Notes: a model not told the origin generated them from the letters alone. Counted from the stretch's first letter, positions 27,638 to 37,658 are shown. The stretch is 54,198 nt of DNA from an uncultured Mycoplasmatota bacterium (GCA_900546055.1 URBG01000004.1:1-54198); one strand, 5' to 3'. Translations and numbers: made by a program.

Positions 27638-28267
27638 TTAAAAATTAATTGTAACTTTTCCTAAATTCATGAAAATATAAATTGCTGTTGTAATTACCCC
27701 TAAACCAAAACCCACGATTAATGACATAATCAATTTATTAGCAAATCCGCCTTGCGTCCAATTATTATTTGCCGCATTAGTCCCAGGTTCATTCCCAATA
27801 ATAGAATGCCCGTTTCCCAAGGTAAGCGTCTTGTTAGAAGCCCCTTGATTCATGCCTTGACCATTTGACTGAGCGGTTTCAGCCTGATATGGCGTTGGCT
27901 GCACTGGTGGATAATTTTGCGGCATATTTCCCACTGGATTTTGATAATAGCCTTGTGAATTAGCCTGACCTTGTTGATAGTTAGGGTTAGGGACATTTGG
28001 TACATAATTGGGTGGATAATATTGTGGCATTGGTTGACCATATTGATTTACTTGATTGTTTGCAGTCTGTTCTTGCATTCTATCTAACACCTGTGATGTA
28101 CCAAAAAAGATGCCCAATTGAAAAGCCGTAATTGCTTCTTTTGACGCTGTTCTAAGATCTATACTACCATATGGTTTATTATCTTTAACAACCTTGTAAG
28201 AAACACCATCTTCAGTTATATCATAAGTACTACCATTCATTACTACTCGATATTTATTTTCTGGCAT
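27638..28267 (-). CDS. tail-anchored membrane protein with a Q/N/P/Y-rich low-complexity linker
   Basis: Small globular N-terminal domain, about 100 aa of QNPY-rich sequence, and a single C-terminal TM; RBS GAAGGTGG. Confidence 0.6.
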   Translation of the reverse strand: MPENKYRVVMNGSTYDITEDGVSYKVVKDNKPYGSIDLRTASKEAITAFQLGIFFGTSQVLDRMQEQTANNQVNQYGQPMPQYYPPNYVPNVPNPNYQQGQANSQGYYQNPVGNMPQNYPPVQPTPYQAETAQSNGQGMNQGASNKTLTLGNGHSIIGNEPGTNAANNNWTQGGFANKLIMSLIVGFGLGVITTAIYIFMNLGKVTINF

Positions 28268-28384
28268 CTAAAACCACCTTCTATCTAGAATAATCCAATT
28301 ATATTATACCAAAGTATTTCTCGTTTTAGTCGATTTTATCAAAAATAGTAGAAAAAAGTGTAAAGAAAAAGAAGGAAAACCTTC

Positions 28385-29737
28385 TTATTTAACGTGTTTT
28401 GCTACTTCTTCATAATCACTTAAATGGAATTTATCTTTGCCTATAATTTGATAATCCTCGTGTCCCTTACCTAGAACTAGCAAAATATCTTTATCTTGAA
28501 GACTATTAACCGCTTTTTTAATAGCTTCCTTACGATCTTCAATTACTTCATAATTGTCTTTTTCTAGTCCTTGAATAATGTCATTCAAAATTTCGTTAGG
28601 ATCTTCAGTACGTGGATTATCACTAGTAAAGAAAACATAATCACTATTATCCGTTGCAATTTTGCCCATCAAAGGCCTTTTCGTCTTATCCCTATCGCCA
28701 CCACAACCAACTAAAGTAACAACTCTTCCTTCAGCATATTCTTTAACACTTTTCACAATGTTTTCTACAGCATCAGGCGTATGAGCATAGTCAATAATTA
28801 CTGAAATTTTATCATTTTTAACAATTTGATAGCGTCCAGTTGGTGCGGTTAAATTAAGTGTCTCTGAAATAACATCATCCATGTCTAAGCCTAATTTGTC
28901 ACATAAAATATAAGCATTCATATAGTTATAAATATTATACGTTCCAGGAATTGGAAGTACTACTTCTCTAACCTCATCATCATGTGATACCTTAAAAGTA
29001 CTATGATTGTTTGTAAGTACAATATCACTTATTTTATAATCAGCTTTACCTTGCCCTAACAAAATGTTTTTATTAGCATCTAATACAAAATCTTTTCCGT
29101 ATTTATCATCCATGTTAATAATGGCATATCCTGATTTCTTAACATTTTTAAATAATTCTAATTTTGCAGCTTCATATTCCTGCATTGTCTTATGATAATC
29201 TAAATGTTCTCTTGTCAAGTTAGTAAAAGAAACCATATCAAACTTAATACCTTCCAAACGACGCATATCTAAAGCTTGGCTAGAAACTTCCATAGCCATT
29301 ACTTCACACTCATCGTTTGCCGCTTCCACAAGCATATCATATAAATCATATAAATCTGGAGTTGTATTAGCTAAAGGTCGGTTACTTTCAGGTAAATAGA
29401 AACCAATCGTTCCCATATATGCAGCCTTTACACCTAAACGATTTAACAATTGATAAATCAAATAGCAACTAGTTGTTTTACCATTAGTTCCAGTAATTCC
29501 CACTATTTTTAATTTACTTAGTTTATCTGCATATAACTCTTTTAAATAATTAGATAAATAAGTTCTAGTATCTGGAACAATCATTGTTTTAACACTATAT
29601 TCCCCATGTTCTGCAATAATACAAGCTGCTCCATGATCTATCGCATCTTCAATATAATCATGACCATCACGCGAAGCTGTCTTTATCGCAATAAAAGTGT
29701 CCCCTTGTTCAATCTTCTTTGAATTAACTTTAAGCAT
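28385..29737 (-). CDS. murE: UDP-N-acetylmuramoyl-L-alanyl-D-glutamate--2,6-diaminopimelate ligase
   Basis: Mur ligase P-loop GITGTNGKTT and a DNPR motif (SDNPRTEDP), which is associated with meso-DAP-adding MurE; RBS AAGGAGAG. Confidence 0.85.
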   Translation of the reverse strand: MLKVNSKKIEQGDTFIAIKTASRDGHDYIEDAIDHGAACIIAEHGEYSVKTMIVPDTRTYLSNYLKELYADKLSKLKIVGITGTNGKTTSCYLIYQLLNRLGVKAAYMGTIGFYLPESNRPLANTTPDLYDLYDMLVEAANDECEVMAMEVSSQALDMRRLEGIKFDMVSFTNLTREHLDYHKTMQEYEAAKLELFKNVKKSGYAIINMDDKYGKDFVLDANKNILLGQGKADYKISDIVLTNNHSTFKVSHDDEVREVVLPIPGTYNIYNYMNAYILCDKLGLDMDDVISETLNLTAPTGRYQIVKNDKISVIIDYAHTPDAVENIVKSVKEYAEGRVVTLVGCGGDRDKTKRPLMGKIATDNSDYVFFTSDNPRTEDPNEILNDIIQGLEKDNYEVIEDRKEAIKKAVNSLQDKDILLVLGKGHEDYQIIGKDKFHLSDYEEVAKHVK

Positions 29738-29773
29738 TCAATCATCTCTCCTTACTCTAGTCTATGATTTTAC

Positions 29774-30307
29774 TTATTTTTTGTTTTTCTTGTTCTTTTT
29801 TATTTTCTTTATTAATAGTTCGATTGGTTTATCGATAAACGCAGATAATAAAATTATAAAATACGCAATATACCCAAGTAAAATAACCGCAATATAATAA
29901 AATTTACTATGATCAAAAAGCAGATAACCACTTTGTAAATATTGATAGTCCAAACAAAATAGACCTAAAATCAAAGCATAAATGATTATTGAAATAATTG
30001 AAATTCTCACATTCGGTGCTTTAAATTTAAATTTTCCTTCTTGCTTTCTAAGGGTAAACAAATACATAAATGTATAAAAGATAACCATTGATACTCCCAT
30101 AACCTTTGCATCAAAATTGAAAGCAATGATAATTAGGATGATCGCTAATAACTCTAAAGTTAAAAAGTTCTCCTTACCATTTTTAATAATCCACTTAGAA
30201 TATTTTTTTAAATCATATTTTTCGTTTTCTAAAGCCATTAATCCTTGACGATATTTCAAAATTAAATAACAAAAATATGTTGATAAAGAAATGAAAAAGA
30301 ATATCAT
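29774..30307 (-). CDS. small polytopic membrane protein of unknown function
   Basis: 177 aa, about 5 TM helices and a Lys-rich tail. Its start overlaps the asnB stop by 4 nt (ATGA). Confidence 0.6.
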   Translation of the reverse strand: MIFFFISLSTYFCYLILKYRQGLMALENEKYDLKKYSKWIIKNGKENFLTLELLAIILIIIAFNFDAKVMGVSMVIFYTFMYLFTLRKQEGKFKFKAPNVRISIISIIIYALILGLFCLDYQYLQSGYLLFDHSKFYYIAVILLGYIAYFIILLSAFIDKPIELLIKKIKKNKKNKK

Positions 30308-32127
30308 TCTGCACCTCCAAAGTAAATATCATACCAAAGTAAGAATATATAGATTGTCCATACCTTACGGCTGTTATCTTTCTTACCATTTCGATGATCA
30401 TCTAGTAATTTAATGATCTTTTTTACATTGAAAAATTCAGAAGACTTTTCAAAACGAACTTTAATTGTATTATAAACATCATCGTCTTTCATCCACACTC
30501 TAATTGGTACAGGAAAGCCAAGTTTCTTTTTGTCAGATACTTTAGATTCAAGTGTTTCGTGCGCAATATCTCTAAAAAGCTTTTTAGTTTTATATTTATC
30601 AACTTTATACTTAGTTGGTAAATGGCGGGCATAGTCAATTAAAGGCCTGTCTAAATAAGGAACGCGTACTTCTAATGAATTAGCCATACTCATCTTATCA
30701 GCCTTTAATAAAATATCTCCTATTAACCAAAAATTAAAATCAATGTATTGCATTTTAGTAACATCGTCTTTATCAGAAACCTTTTCGTAATATGGTTCTG
30801 TTAATTCTCTAAAGCCTTTAGTTTCTGGTTTAAACGCTAACATTTTCTTTATTTCTTTATTGTCAAAAATAAAAGCATTACCAACAAAACGGTCTTCTAA
30901 TTTTTTACCACGACGAACTAAAAAGTTAAGCCCTCGATGCGCTGGTAAAACCCCGGCGATAGCTCCCACTACTTTACGAACTCCATATGGAATTTTATAA
31001 TACCATGGCCAAACAAATGACTCTTGATAAATATTGTAACCTCCAAATATTTCGTCAGCACCTTCACCTGATAGTGAAACCTTAACGTTTTCACTAGCTA
31101 CTTTTGTTACAAAATACAAAGCAACAGCAGAAGGGTCAGCTAGTGGCTCATCCATAAAGTACATAATGTTTGATAAATTCTTAAAATATTCTTCCTTCGT
31201 TATCACTTTACTAATATTTTGGGTATTGATTTTTCCAGATAAATCTTTAGCATAACTAATCTCACTGTATTTCTCATCGTTAAATCCAACTGTAAATGTT
31301 TTATCCACATCACTACTAGCAGCTATAAAAGATGAATCAACACCAGAAGATAAAAATGAGCCAACTTCAACGTCACTAATTTTATGAGCTCTTATTGAGT
31401 CTTTAAGGCGTTCATCAACGCCTTCCTTCCACTCTTCATAAGTCTTACTATCATCCTCTTCAAATTCTAAAGCATAATATTGTTTTACTTCAAGTTCACC
31501 ATCTTTATATTTTAAATAATGTCCTGGCATTAATTTATAAACATCTTTAAAGAAAGTCTCCTCACCAACACTGTATTGAAAAGTTAAATAATATTCGAGC
31601 ATATTACGATTAAGTTCCTTTTTAAAATCGGGATGAATCAAAAAGCTTTTAATCTCTGAACCGAATAAAAAGGTATCTCCCATCACTGCATAGTAAAATG
31701 GTTTAATTCCATAGAAGTCACGAGCCGCAAAAGTTTCTTTAGTATTAACATCATAAATTACAAACGCAAACATTCCTCTTAATTTATCTAAAATACCTTC
31801 AGCATATTCCTCATAACCATGCAATAAAACTTCAGTATCCGTATTAGTAGAAAAATTATGACCTTTTTGAATCAAATCTTCTCTTAATTCTTGATAATTA
31901 TAAATTTCACCATTAAAAATAATAACCTTCGTCTTATCTTCGTTATAAATAGGCTGTGAGCCATTATTCAAATCAATGATTGATAGACGTCTAAAGCCCA
32001 TCGCAATTGTCTCATCAGTATAATATCCTTCAGAGTCTGGTCCACGGTGGGCAATTAAATCAGCCATTTTTTTTATATTTTCCTGTTTATCAGGTTCCTT
32101 ATTTACATATCCTACAAAGCCACACAT
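30304..32127 (-). CDS. asnB: asparagine synthase (glutamine-hydrolysing), AsnB family
   Basis: N-terminal MCGF nucleophile Cys2 and SGGVDSS-type PP-loop (LSSGVDSS). 607 aa; RBS AAAGGAGG. Confidence 0.9.
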   Translation of the reverse strand: MCGFVGYVNKEPDKQENIKKMADLIAHRGPDSEGYYTDETIAMGFRRLSIIDLNNGSQPIYNEDKTKVIIFNGEIYNYQELREDLIQKGHNFSTNTDTEVLLHGYEEYAEGILDKLRGMFAFVIYDVNTKETFAARDFYGIKPFYYAVMGDTFLFGSEIKSFLIHPDFKKELNRNMLEYYLTFQYSVGEETFFKDVYKLMPGHYLKYKDGELEVKQYYALEFEEDDSKTYEEWKEGVDERLKDSIRAHKISDVEVGSFLSSGVDSSFIAASSDVDKTFTVGFNDEKYSEISYAKDLSGKINTQNISKVITKEEYFKNLSNIMYFMDEPLADPSAVALYFVTKVASENVKVSLSGEGADEIFGGYNIYQESFVWPWYYKIPYGVRKVVGAIAGVLPAHRGLNFLVRRGKKLEDRFVGNAFIFDNKEIKKMLAFKPETKGFRELTEPYYEKVSDKDDVTKMQYIDFNFWLIGDILLKADKMSMANSLEVRVPYLDRPLIDYARHLPTKYKVDKYKTKKLFRDIAHETLESKVSDKKKLGFPVPIRVWMKDDDVYNTIKVRFEKSSEFFNVKKIIKLLDDHRNGKKDNSRKVWTIYIFLLWYDIYFGGAE

Positions 32128-32245
32128 ATAATGCCTCCTTTAGCCTTTATCTGTTTATATTTTATCACATCTTAAGGGTTTATACAATATTTTACCCATT
32201 ATTCCAAATGGAAGTTTTAACTACAAAGTAAACAAAAAAAGAAAA

Positions 32246-33082
32246 TTAATTTTCTTTTCTCTCTATCTTAAAAGTCCTCGTTTTAACTTCTGACTCTAAA
32301 TTTTGATCTGCTATCTCAGAAAATCCTCCAATTTGCGTAATCCCATCTAAAGCATTAAAAACAATATTATAAGTCTGAACATCAAAAGCAGCTTTTCTTT
32401 CAATATCTCTAGCCTGGGATATCCTAACCCCTGATGCAATCTTCCTTTGATATTCAGACAAGCTTTTTGAAACAACTATTTCGTAAAAGTCCCTCAAAGC
32501 ATCGGTCGTTAGGTCACTTCGTTTATCAAAACTAGAAATTCTGTTAAGCAATTTAGAAGCAAGCGTCATCTGAAATTCTAACTCGCTGTCATCAAATATT
32601 TGAATTTCTGAATTTAGCATTTCAAAAACATTATCGGCAAAAAGCTCATCAATATATTTTATATCACAGATAGATAAAGTTCCGGTCTCTATCTGTTTAA
32701 TCGTATTTGCTACAGATGCGCGTGAATAATCTATACTTTTAGCTATTTCCATTTGAGTCTTATTTTCTCCCTCGATATAACAAGATTTAAGTAACATTTT
32801 ACGTCTACTAGTTATTTCTCCAATCTTCATATGACGCTTTACCAGAGGAAACATAATTATCCCAAATTTTCTTTCTAAATATTCCCTATCCTGTTTAGAA
32901 AAATTATTATTTCCCATCTGCCACATTACCCTACTAACACTAGCTCTCTTATAACCCGTTGCTTCCATTATTTCTTTTATTGATATTGCTTCGCCAAATA
33001 ACATTCTAGCCCTACACATATCTAACATAAGTTTTCTTTTTTCTGATAGCCTGCCCATATCCCAAATCTCCGAATTACACAT
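32246..33082 (-). CDS. hypothetical DNA-binding protein with two tandem HTH modules
   Basis: Internal duplication: SEKRKLMLDMCR..ISIKEIMEATGYKRASVSRVMWQM versus TSRRKMLLKSCY..QMEIAKSIDYSRASVANTIKQI. Confidence 0.5.
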   Translation of the reverse strand: MCNSEIWDMGRLSEKRKLMLDMCRARMLFGEAISIKEIMEATGYKRASVSRVMWQMGNNNFSKQDREYLERKFGIIMFPLVKRHMKIGEITSRRKMLLKSCYIEGENKTQMEIAKSIDYSRASVANTIKQIETGTLSICDIKYIDELFADNVFEMLNSEIQIFDDSELEFQMTLASKLLNRISSFDKRSDLTTDALRDFYEIVVSKSLSEYQRKIASGVRISQARDIERKAAFDVQTYNIVFNALDGITQIGGFSEIADQNLESEVKTRTFKIERKEN

Positions 33083-33179
33083 TATTATAACCTTTTAAAT
33101 ATAAAAAGCAAGAACTATTTTATAGTCCTTGCCTACTAATAACAAAAGGTAACATTTTAGAAAAACAATCAAACGAATG

Positions 33180-34217
33180 TCAATGTCTATTAATAACAAT
33201 TGTCTTAGTCATAACATCTTTCAATGTTTGCCTGCGCGGCATTACAAAAGATACTATTTTACTAAGAGGAATTAACGTTTCAATCATCATAGCAATCATC
33301 CTAACAAATGACTTCCAAAAACTAATAGTCTCACCTTCGAGATTAACTACCTTAATATCTAAAATCTTTTTACCAAACGTTGCCCCACCACGACTTTCCA
33401 TATGTGGAAAATAAATAATGATGTAAATTAACAATAAAACACCTAAAATAAAAATTATTATTGGCGCAAACCACTGCGTTGAAGGATCATGTAATATTGG
33501 TAAACTTGATAACCATTTAAATCCCCAAGTTAATAAATATAAATAAGCCATATCAATAAAGAAAGCCAAAGCTCTAACCAATGGATTAGCATAGCGAAAT
33601 TCACTATAATTTTCACGCGTGATTTTATTTGTCACATAAGTATGAGAAATCATATCACTTAAAGCTTGCTTTTTAGGCGTAACAATAACTATCAAAAAAC
33701 CAATTCCCAAAGTTAAAACATTTAATATTCTACCAAAGTTTCGTCCAAAAGCCTTTCCAAAGCCAATTGGGCTATCGTATTCATCTACAACTTCAAGTCC
33801 TAATAGCTTTTCTCCAATTGTTCCCATATTCTTTGAACTTTGTCTAAACGAACAATAAAACAAATAAATAATTGGAAATAAAAGCGAAATAAAATACATT
33901 TTAAACCAAATTGCTAAATCAATACTCGCTGGATTAGTCCAAAACTTAAACAAATAACTAAAATAATCTGGAACCATAAAATATAAATAAGCAAAATTAA
34001 TAACTGCGAAAATAATCCCCAAAATTAAAAGATCAACCCCTGTAGCTACAACTCTTTTAATAAAGCCGCCATATTTCGGAATTTCAATTTCTTTTAATTT
34101 TTCTTCCTCATATTTTGTAAACATTTTATTTAATTGCCCAAAATCATAATTACAATAAGGACATACTTTATTCTCAGCATTAATCATGCGTCCACAATTT
34201 GGACATCCCTTTTCCAT
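33180..34217 (-). CDS. RDD-family membrane protein with an N-terminal zinc ribbon
   Basis: CPNCG..X..CPYC zinc ribbon, then two hydrophobic RDD-like modules (GFIKRVVATGVDLLIL.., NPLVRALAFFIDMAYLY..). Confidence 0.7.
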   Translation of the reverse strand: MEKGCPNCGRMINAENKVCPYCNYDFGQLNKMFTKYEEEKLKEIEIPKYGGFIKRVVATGVDLLILGIIFAVINFAYLYFMVPDYFSYLFKFWTNPASIDLAIWFKMYFISLLFPIIYLFYCSFRQSSKNMGTIGEKLLGLEVVDEYDSPIGFGKAFGRNFGRILNVLTLGIGFLIVIVTPKKQALSDMISHTYVTNKITRENYSEFRYANPLVRALAFFIDMAYLYLLTWGFKWLSSLPILHDPSTQWFAPIIIFILGVLLLIYIIIYFPHMESRGGATFGKKILDIKVVNLEGETISFWKSFVRMIAMMIETLIPLSKIVSFVMPRRQTLKDVMTKTIVINRH

Positions 34218-34283
34218 TCTTCCACATCCTTTATTAAATTATATCATAGCCAGAAAAAAAGTAAATAATCATTTATTTACCTT

Positions 34284-34979
34284 TTAACTATTTTTTATTT
34301 GATTTATATAATTATTTATTTTTGCTGCCCACGATGGACTAGCTGCATATTTTTTATTCATAAGTTCAGGTGTATTTAAACCTTTATCATAATAGTTTTC
34401 CTTTAAATTCACGATAAACGCCTTAATTCCTGCCTCTAAAGAATCAAAATGAATTAATGATCCTCCAGATCTCATTCCACCAACATTGTTGTGGTTCTTT
34501 ACAGCTGAGCTACAACTCCATTTGCAACCAGTTTCGTGCAAAGTGATAGCCACTGCCAAATAAGGATCCACGCCATTTTGTAAAGCATAATTAGCATATA
34601 AGTTTCCAGTACCTGCTAAATTAGAACGCAAAGATTTGTTAAGCTTATTAACTAACTGTTCCATTGTAAGCCCATCATAAACAATTGGATTTGTATTTTG
34701 AACTTGTGGAGCAGAGACTTGTTGTACAGGTTTAGCTGCGGGAGCTTCCGGAGCCTTTTCTTTAACTGATGGTGTAGCAATAGCCACATCCATATTAGAA
34801 GCACTATTCGCAATCTTTGCTGTACTATTAACAGTTTCGTTAGTACTTGCTAACTCCTCTTTATTAGTTGTTTCATATGTAACATCATTTTCATATGCCA
34901 TTGCTGTTAAGTGTGGAACAGTAATTGCCGTAATTAATCCAAAGACTAAAATGGCATATACCATATGAGCTTGTTTCAT
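34284..34979 (-). CDS. secreted glucosaminidase-domain (LytD/FlgJ-type) peptidoglycan hydrolase, paralogue 1
   Basis: C-terminal GVDPYLAVAITLHETGCKW...NNVGGM...YAAS motif block, plus a signal/anchor helix. Start taken at the ATG at 34979 behind RBS AGGAGAG. Confidence 0.7.
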   Translation of the reverse strand: MKQAHMVYAILVFGLITAITVPHLTAMAYENDVTYETTNKEELASTNETVNSTAKIANSASNMDVAIATPSVKEKAPEAPAAKPVQQVSAPQVQNTNPIVYDGLTMEQLVNKLNKSLRSNLAGTGNLYANYALQNGVDPYLAVAITLHETGCKWSCSSAVKNHNNVGGMRSGGSLIHFDSLEAGIKAFIVNLKENYYDKGLNTPELMNKKYAASPSWAAKINNYINQIKNS

Positions 34980-35096
34980 TCTCATCTCTCCTATGCTATT
35001 TACCATTTTACCATATGAAAAACCTTGAGTCAAATCGACAAAAATCGACTTTTTCCTTATTTTTCAAAAGAAAAATAGAACTACCAAAAAATAATT

Positions 35097-35216
35097 TTAT
35101 TTGACTACCGTTTTCAACTTTTTAATCGAAACAGATTGTTTTTTGTTTTCTTTCTTAATTTTTTTTAGTTCTTTTTTTAAATCTAATATCATTTTTTGAA
35201 CTTCTTTAGTTTTCAT
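35097..35216 (-). CDS. possible 39-aa lysine-rich small protein (not in the ORF track)
   Basis: My translation is MKTKEVQKMILDLKKELKKIKKENKKQSVSIKKLKTVVK. A strong RBS AGGGGGG lies 5 nt upstream of the ATG, in the gap between the two glucosaminidase paralogues. Confidence 0.4.
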   Translation of the reverse strand: MKTKEVQKMILDLKKELKKIKKENKKQSVSIKKLKTVVK

Positions 35217-35281
35217 GATATCCCCCCTAAAATTGTCGTTTATTATAGCAGTAATTTAAAAAAAGTCAAATCAAAAAAGGC

Positions 35282-36004
35282 CTATGCAGCCTTTATTGAA
35301 TTTATGTAAGCATTAACCTGCGAAGCCCATGTCGTACTAGCAGCGTACTTTGGCCCCATCGCTTCAGCGGTTGTTAAACCTTGCGATATATAATTTTTAT
35401 ACAAGTTGTTCATATAAGCGCGGATCCCCTCTTCTAAAGATGGGAAACTAGCATATGAACCCCCATTACATTTACCAGTTCCACCAGATTTCATACCCCC
35501 AACATTATTACACTGTTTAAGTAATGAACTACATTCCCATTTACATCCAGTTTCATGCATGACAATGGCAACAGCTAAATATGGGTCTATTCCTAGTTCG
35601 ATGGCATATGAAGCAAATGTATTACCTTGACCTGAAATAGTCGAATTAAGGCTTCTATCTAATTTAGCCGCCAATTCTTCTAAAGTCATTCCTTCGTATA
35701 CAACTTCATTTTTTCTTGCTTCTTCAGCTTCACGCTCTTTATCCTCTTGTGATTGCCCTTCGGCAACTTGAACATTTTCTACTCCTTCAGTTTTACTATC
35801 AATAGCTAAATTACCTGGTGTTACTTTAGCTATTGCTACTGCAGGTCTTATATTTAACTCACTTTCTTGAAGTACAGTCCTATTTTCACTTACATATTCT
35901 CTCTCACCATTCAAGGCAAGGATTGTTGAACCAAATGTTGTTCCAACTAAACACAAAGTAGTTACGGCCATTATTACGGCCTTAACCGATTGGCTTGTTT
36001 TCAT
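35282..36004 (-). CDS. secreted glucosaminidase-domain peptidoglycan hydrolase, paralogue 2
   Basis: Same C-terminal block (GIDPYLAVAIVMHETGCKW..NNVGGM..YAAS) and a signal peptide; RBS AGGAGAGGG. Confidence 0.7.
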   Translation of the reverse strand: MKTSQSVKAVIMAVTTLCLVGTTFGSTILALNGEREYVSENRTVLQESELNIRPAVAIAKVTPGNLAIDSKTEGVENVQVAEGQSQEDKEREAEEARKNEVVYEGMTLEELAAKLDRSLNSTISGQGNTFASYAIELGIDPYLAVAIVMHETGCKWECSSLLKQCNNVGGMKSGGTGKCNGGSYASFPSLEEGIRAYMNNLYKNYISQGLTTAEAMGPKYAASTTWASQVNAYINSIKAA

Positions 36005-36186
36005 CTTTCACCCTCTCCTGCTTCATAGAAAACAGGTTATATTTTAGCATATCCCCGTTTTTCTGTCAAATTTAGACAAAATCCGAGTACTTACACATAT
36101 TCTATAGGTGTTTTGGTTTATGCACTATGTACATTTATATTATATGCACAAAACATATAAAATTATACATAATTGCCCTAAAAAGT

Positions 36187-37539
36187 TTAATTTGGAGTTT
36201 TGATCCGATAAGGTTCTTCCTTAGTCCCTTTTCCATATACTAATAAATCAGAACGTAAAAATAAAACTGGATATACCGCATAATTATTTCTAGGAAAAGA
36301 AGTATTTATTTTTCCCCTATACAAATCTCGAATGATTAAAGAATTATTAAGAAGGATATTTAACGTCCAGCACGTATTTTCTCCATTAAGAACATCACTA
36401 AATATATAATTATTATTTAAACAGTCCGTTTCAAGATTACAATAATTAGAAGAAAGTGATGCTTTTTGATAATCTGACAAATTAATAAGTCCAACATTAC
36501 CATTCCATATTTTGGACTTTTCTTGAGTGCTTAAACCAGGTTGAATATAAATGTTTCCTCCACCATAATAAAAATTGTGTTTTTGAATAGATCTTTGAAC
36601 CTTAGAATCTAAACTATTATAATAATCATTGTTTAAATATGTATTTAAAGAAGCATCTTTAGTTAAAGTTCCAGAAATACTCCCATTAACAAAACTACCA
36701 TTTTCACTAACCCACGCATTACATCCATACCTAGAATCTATATTTTGCCCATATGAGCCACTAGAAGAAATTGGACAATATGTACTATCCGATCTTACGT
36801 ATGGTTCATCAAAAGGTATTAGCCCAATACTTCCTTGCCTTATAACTTTAGCAGTACCATCAGCTTCAATTGCTAAAATTCTCCACATTTCTCCGTTAAA
36901 TTCAATATAATTTTCTGGTGCCTCACCTCTATAAACATATCTACCACTTTCAACAGGATCCATATAGAGTCCATCACCTGTTGTTACTGTTGTAGCAATT
37001 AGTTTATCTGCGGCACTTTCACCCCCTGGAGTATTGCTTGTTGCTTGACTATAGTCCAAATCTACAGTTAAAGTTGAACTTGTATTTGTTGGTTGTTCAC
37101 TCGTTGTACTTAAGTATTCTACTTTTACTGTTAATATTCCTGTATTACCTGCTGTTATAATATCTCCCTTTGTCATTCCTGTTGAAGTAAACTTGATTGC
37201 TGGATTATTCGTATCACTTAAAGTTACATTGTCCAGTTTAGCATCTAAACTTCCAGCATTCTTTACAGTTATATCATACTCTATACTATCGCCTGGAGAC
37301 TGTAAATTTGTTTTAAAGGTTGCCGATAAGTTTTCAAAGCTTGGATTACCATTATTACTTGCTGTTCCAGTTATATTTTTGCTTTCTACATTTGTTATCT
37401 TTATATCCCAGCTACTTGTTATATTACTTGTTCCTTTTATATTTAATACTGTTTGAAAGGCTGCATAACCAACAGTCATTAATAAAACTACGGCACACAA
37501 ACTTCCTATTATTATATTTCTTTTCTTTTTATCATTCAT
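36187..37539 (-). CDS. secreted or cell-surface protein with a SipW-type (TasA/camelysin-like) signal and a C-terminal lectin-like domain
   Basis: N-terminus is KKKRNIIIGSLCAVVLLMTVGYAAFQT, as in the SipW-dependent signal class. The C-terminal part (EMWRILA..., ..CWTLN....NNYAVYPVLFLRS) resembles the WxxL...GVRP(A/V)-ending surface domains. Confidence 0.55.
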   Translation of the reverse strand: MNDKKKRNIIIGSLCAVVLLMTVGYAAFQTVLNIKGTSNITSSWDIKITNVESKNITGTASNNGNPSFENLSATFKTNLQSPGDSIEYDITVKNAGSLDAKLDNVTLSDTNNPAIKFTSTGMTKGDIITAGNTGILTVKVEYLSTTSEQPTNTSSTLTVDLDYSQATSNTPGGESAADKLIATTVTTGDGLYMDPVESGRYVYRGEAPENYIEFNGEMWRILAIEADGTAKVIRQGSIGLIPFDEPYVRSDSTYCPISSSGSYGQNIDSRYGCNAWVSENGSFVNGSISGTLTKDASLNTYLNNDYYNSLDSKVQRSIQKHNFYYGGGNIYIQPGLSTQEKSKIWNGNVGLINLSDYQKASLSSNYCNLETDCLNNNYIFSDVLNGENTCWTLNILLNNSLIIRDLYRGKINTSFPRNNYAVYPVLFLRSDLLVYGKGTKEEPYRIKTPN

Positions 37540-37658
37540 ATTATCTCTCCTACTTATACTAGCTAGGTTTAGTTTTCCCTATTTTTTACTTTATATTCAT
37601 TATATCCTATATCTCCGGCACGCGCAATAGCACATAAAATAATTGACAATTAATTAAC

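Noticed and set aside
36187-36400. The C-terminus of the SipW-type surface protein as the VR of the DGR
   Set aside because: Similarity to the edge repeat exists only at the protein-pattern level. The DNA is AT-rich and differs at many positions that are not A in the repeat, which is incompatible with adenine-specific mutagenic homing.
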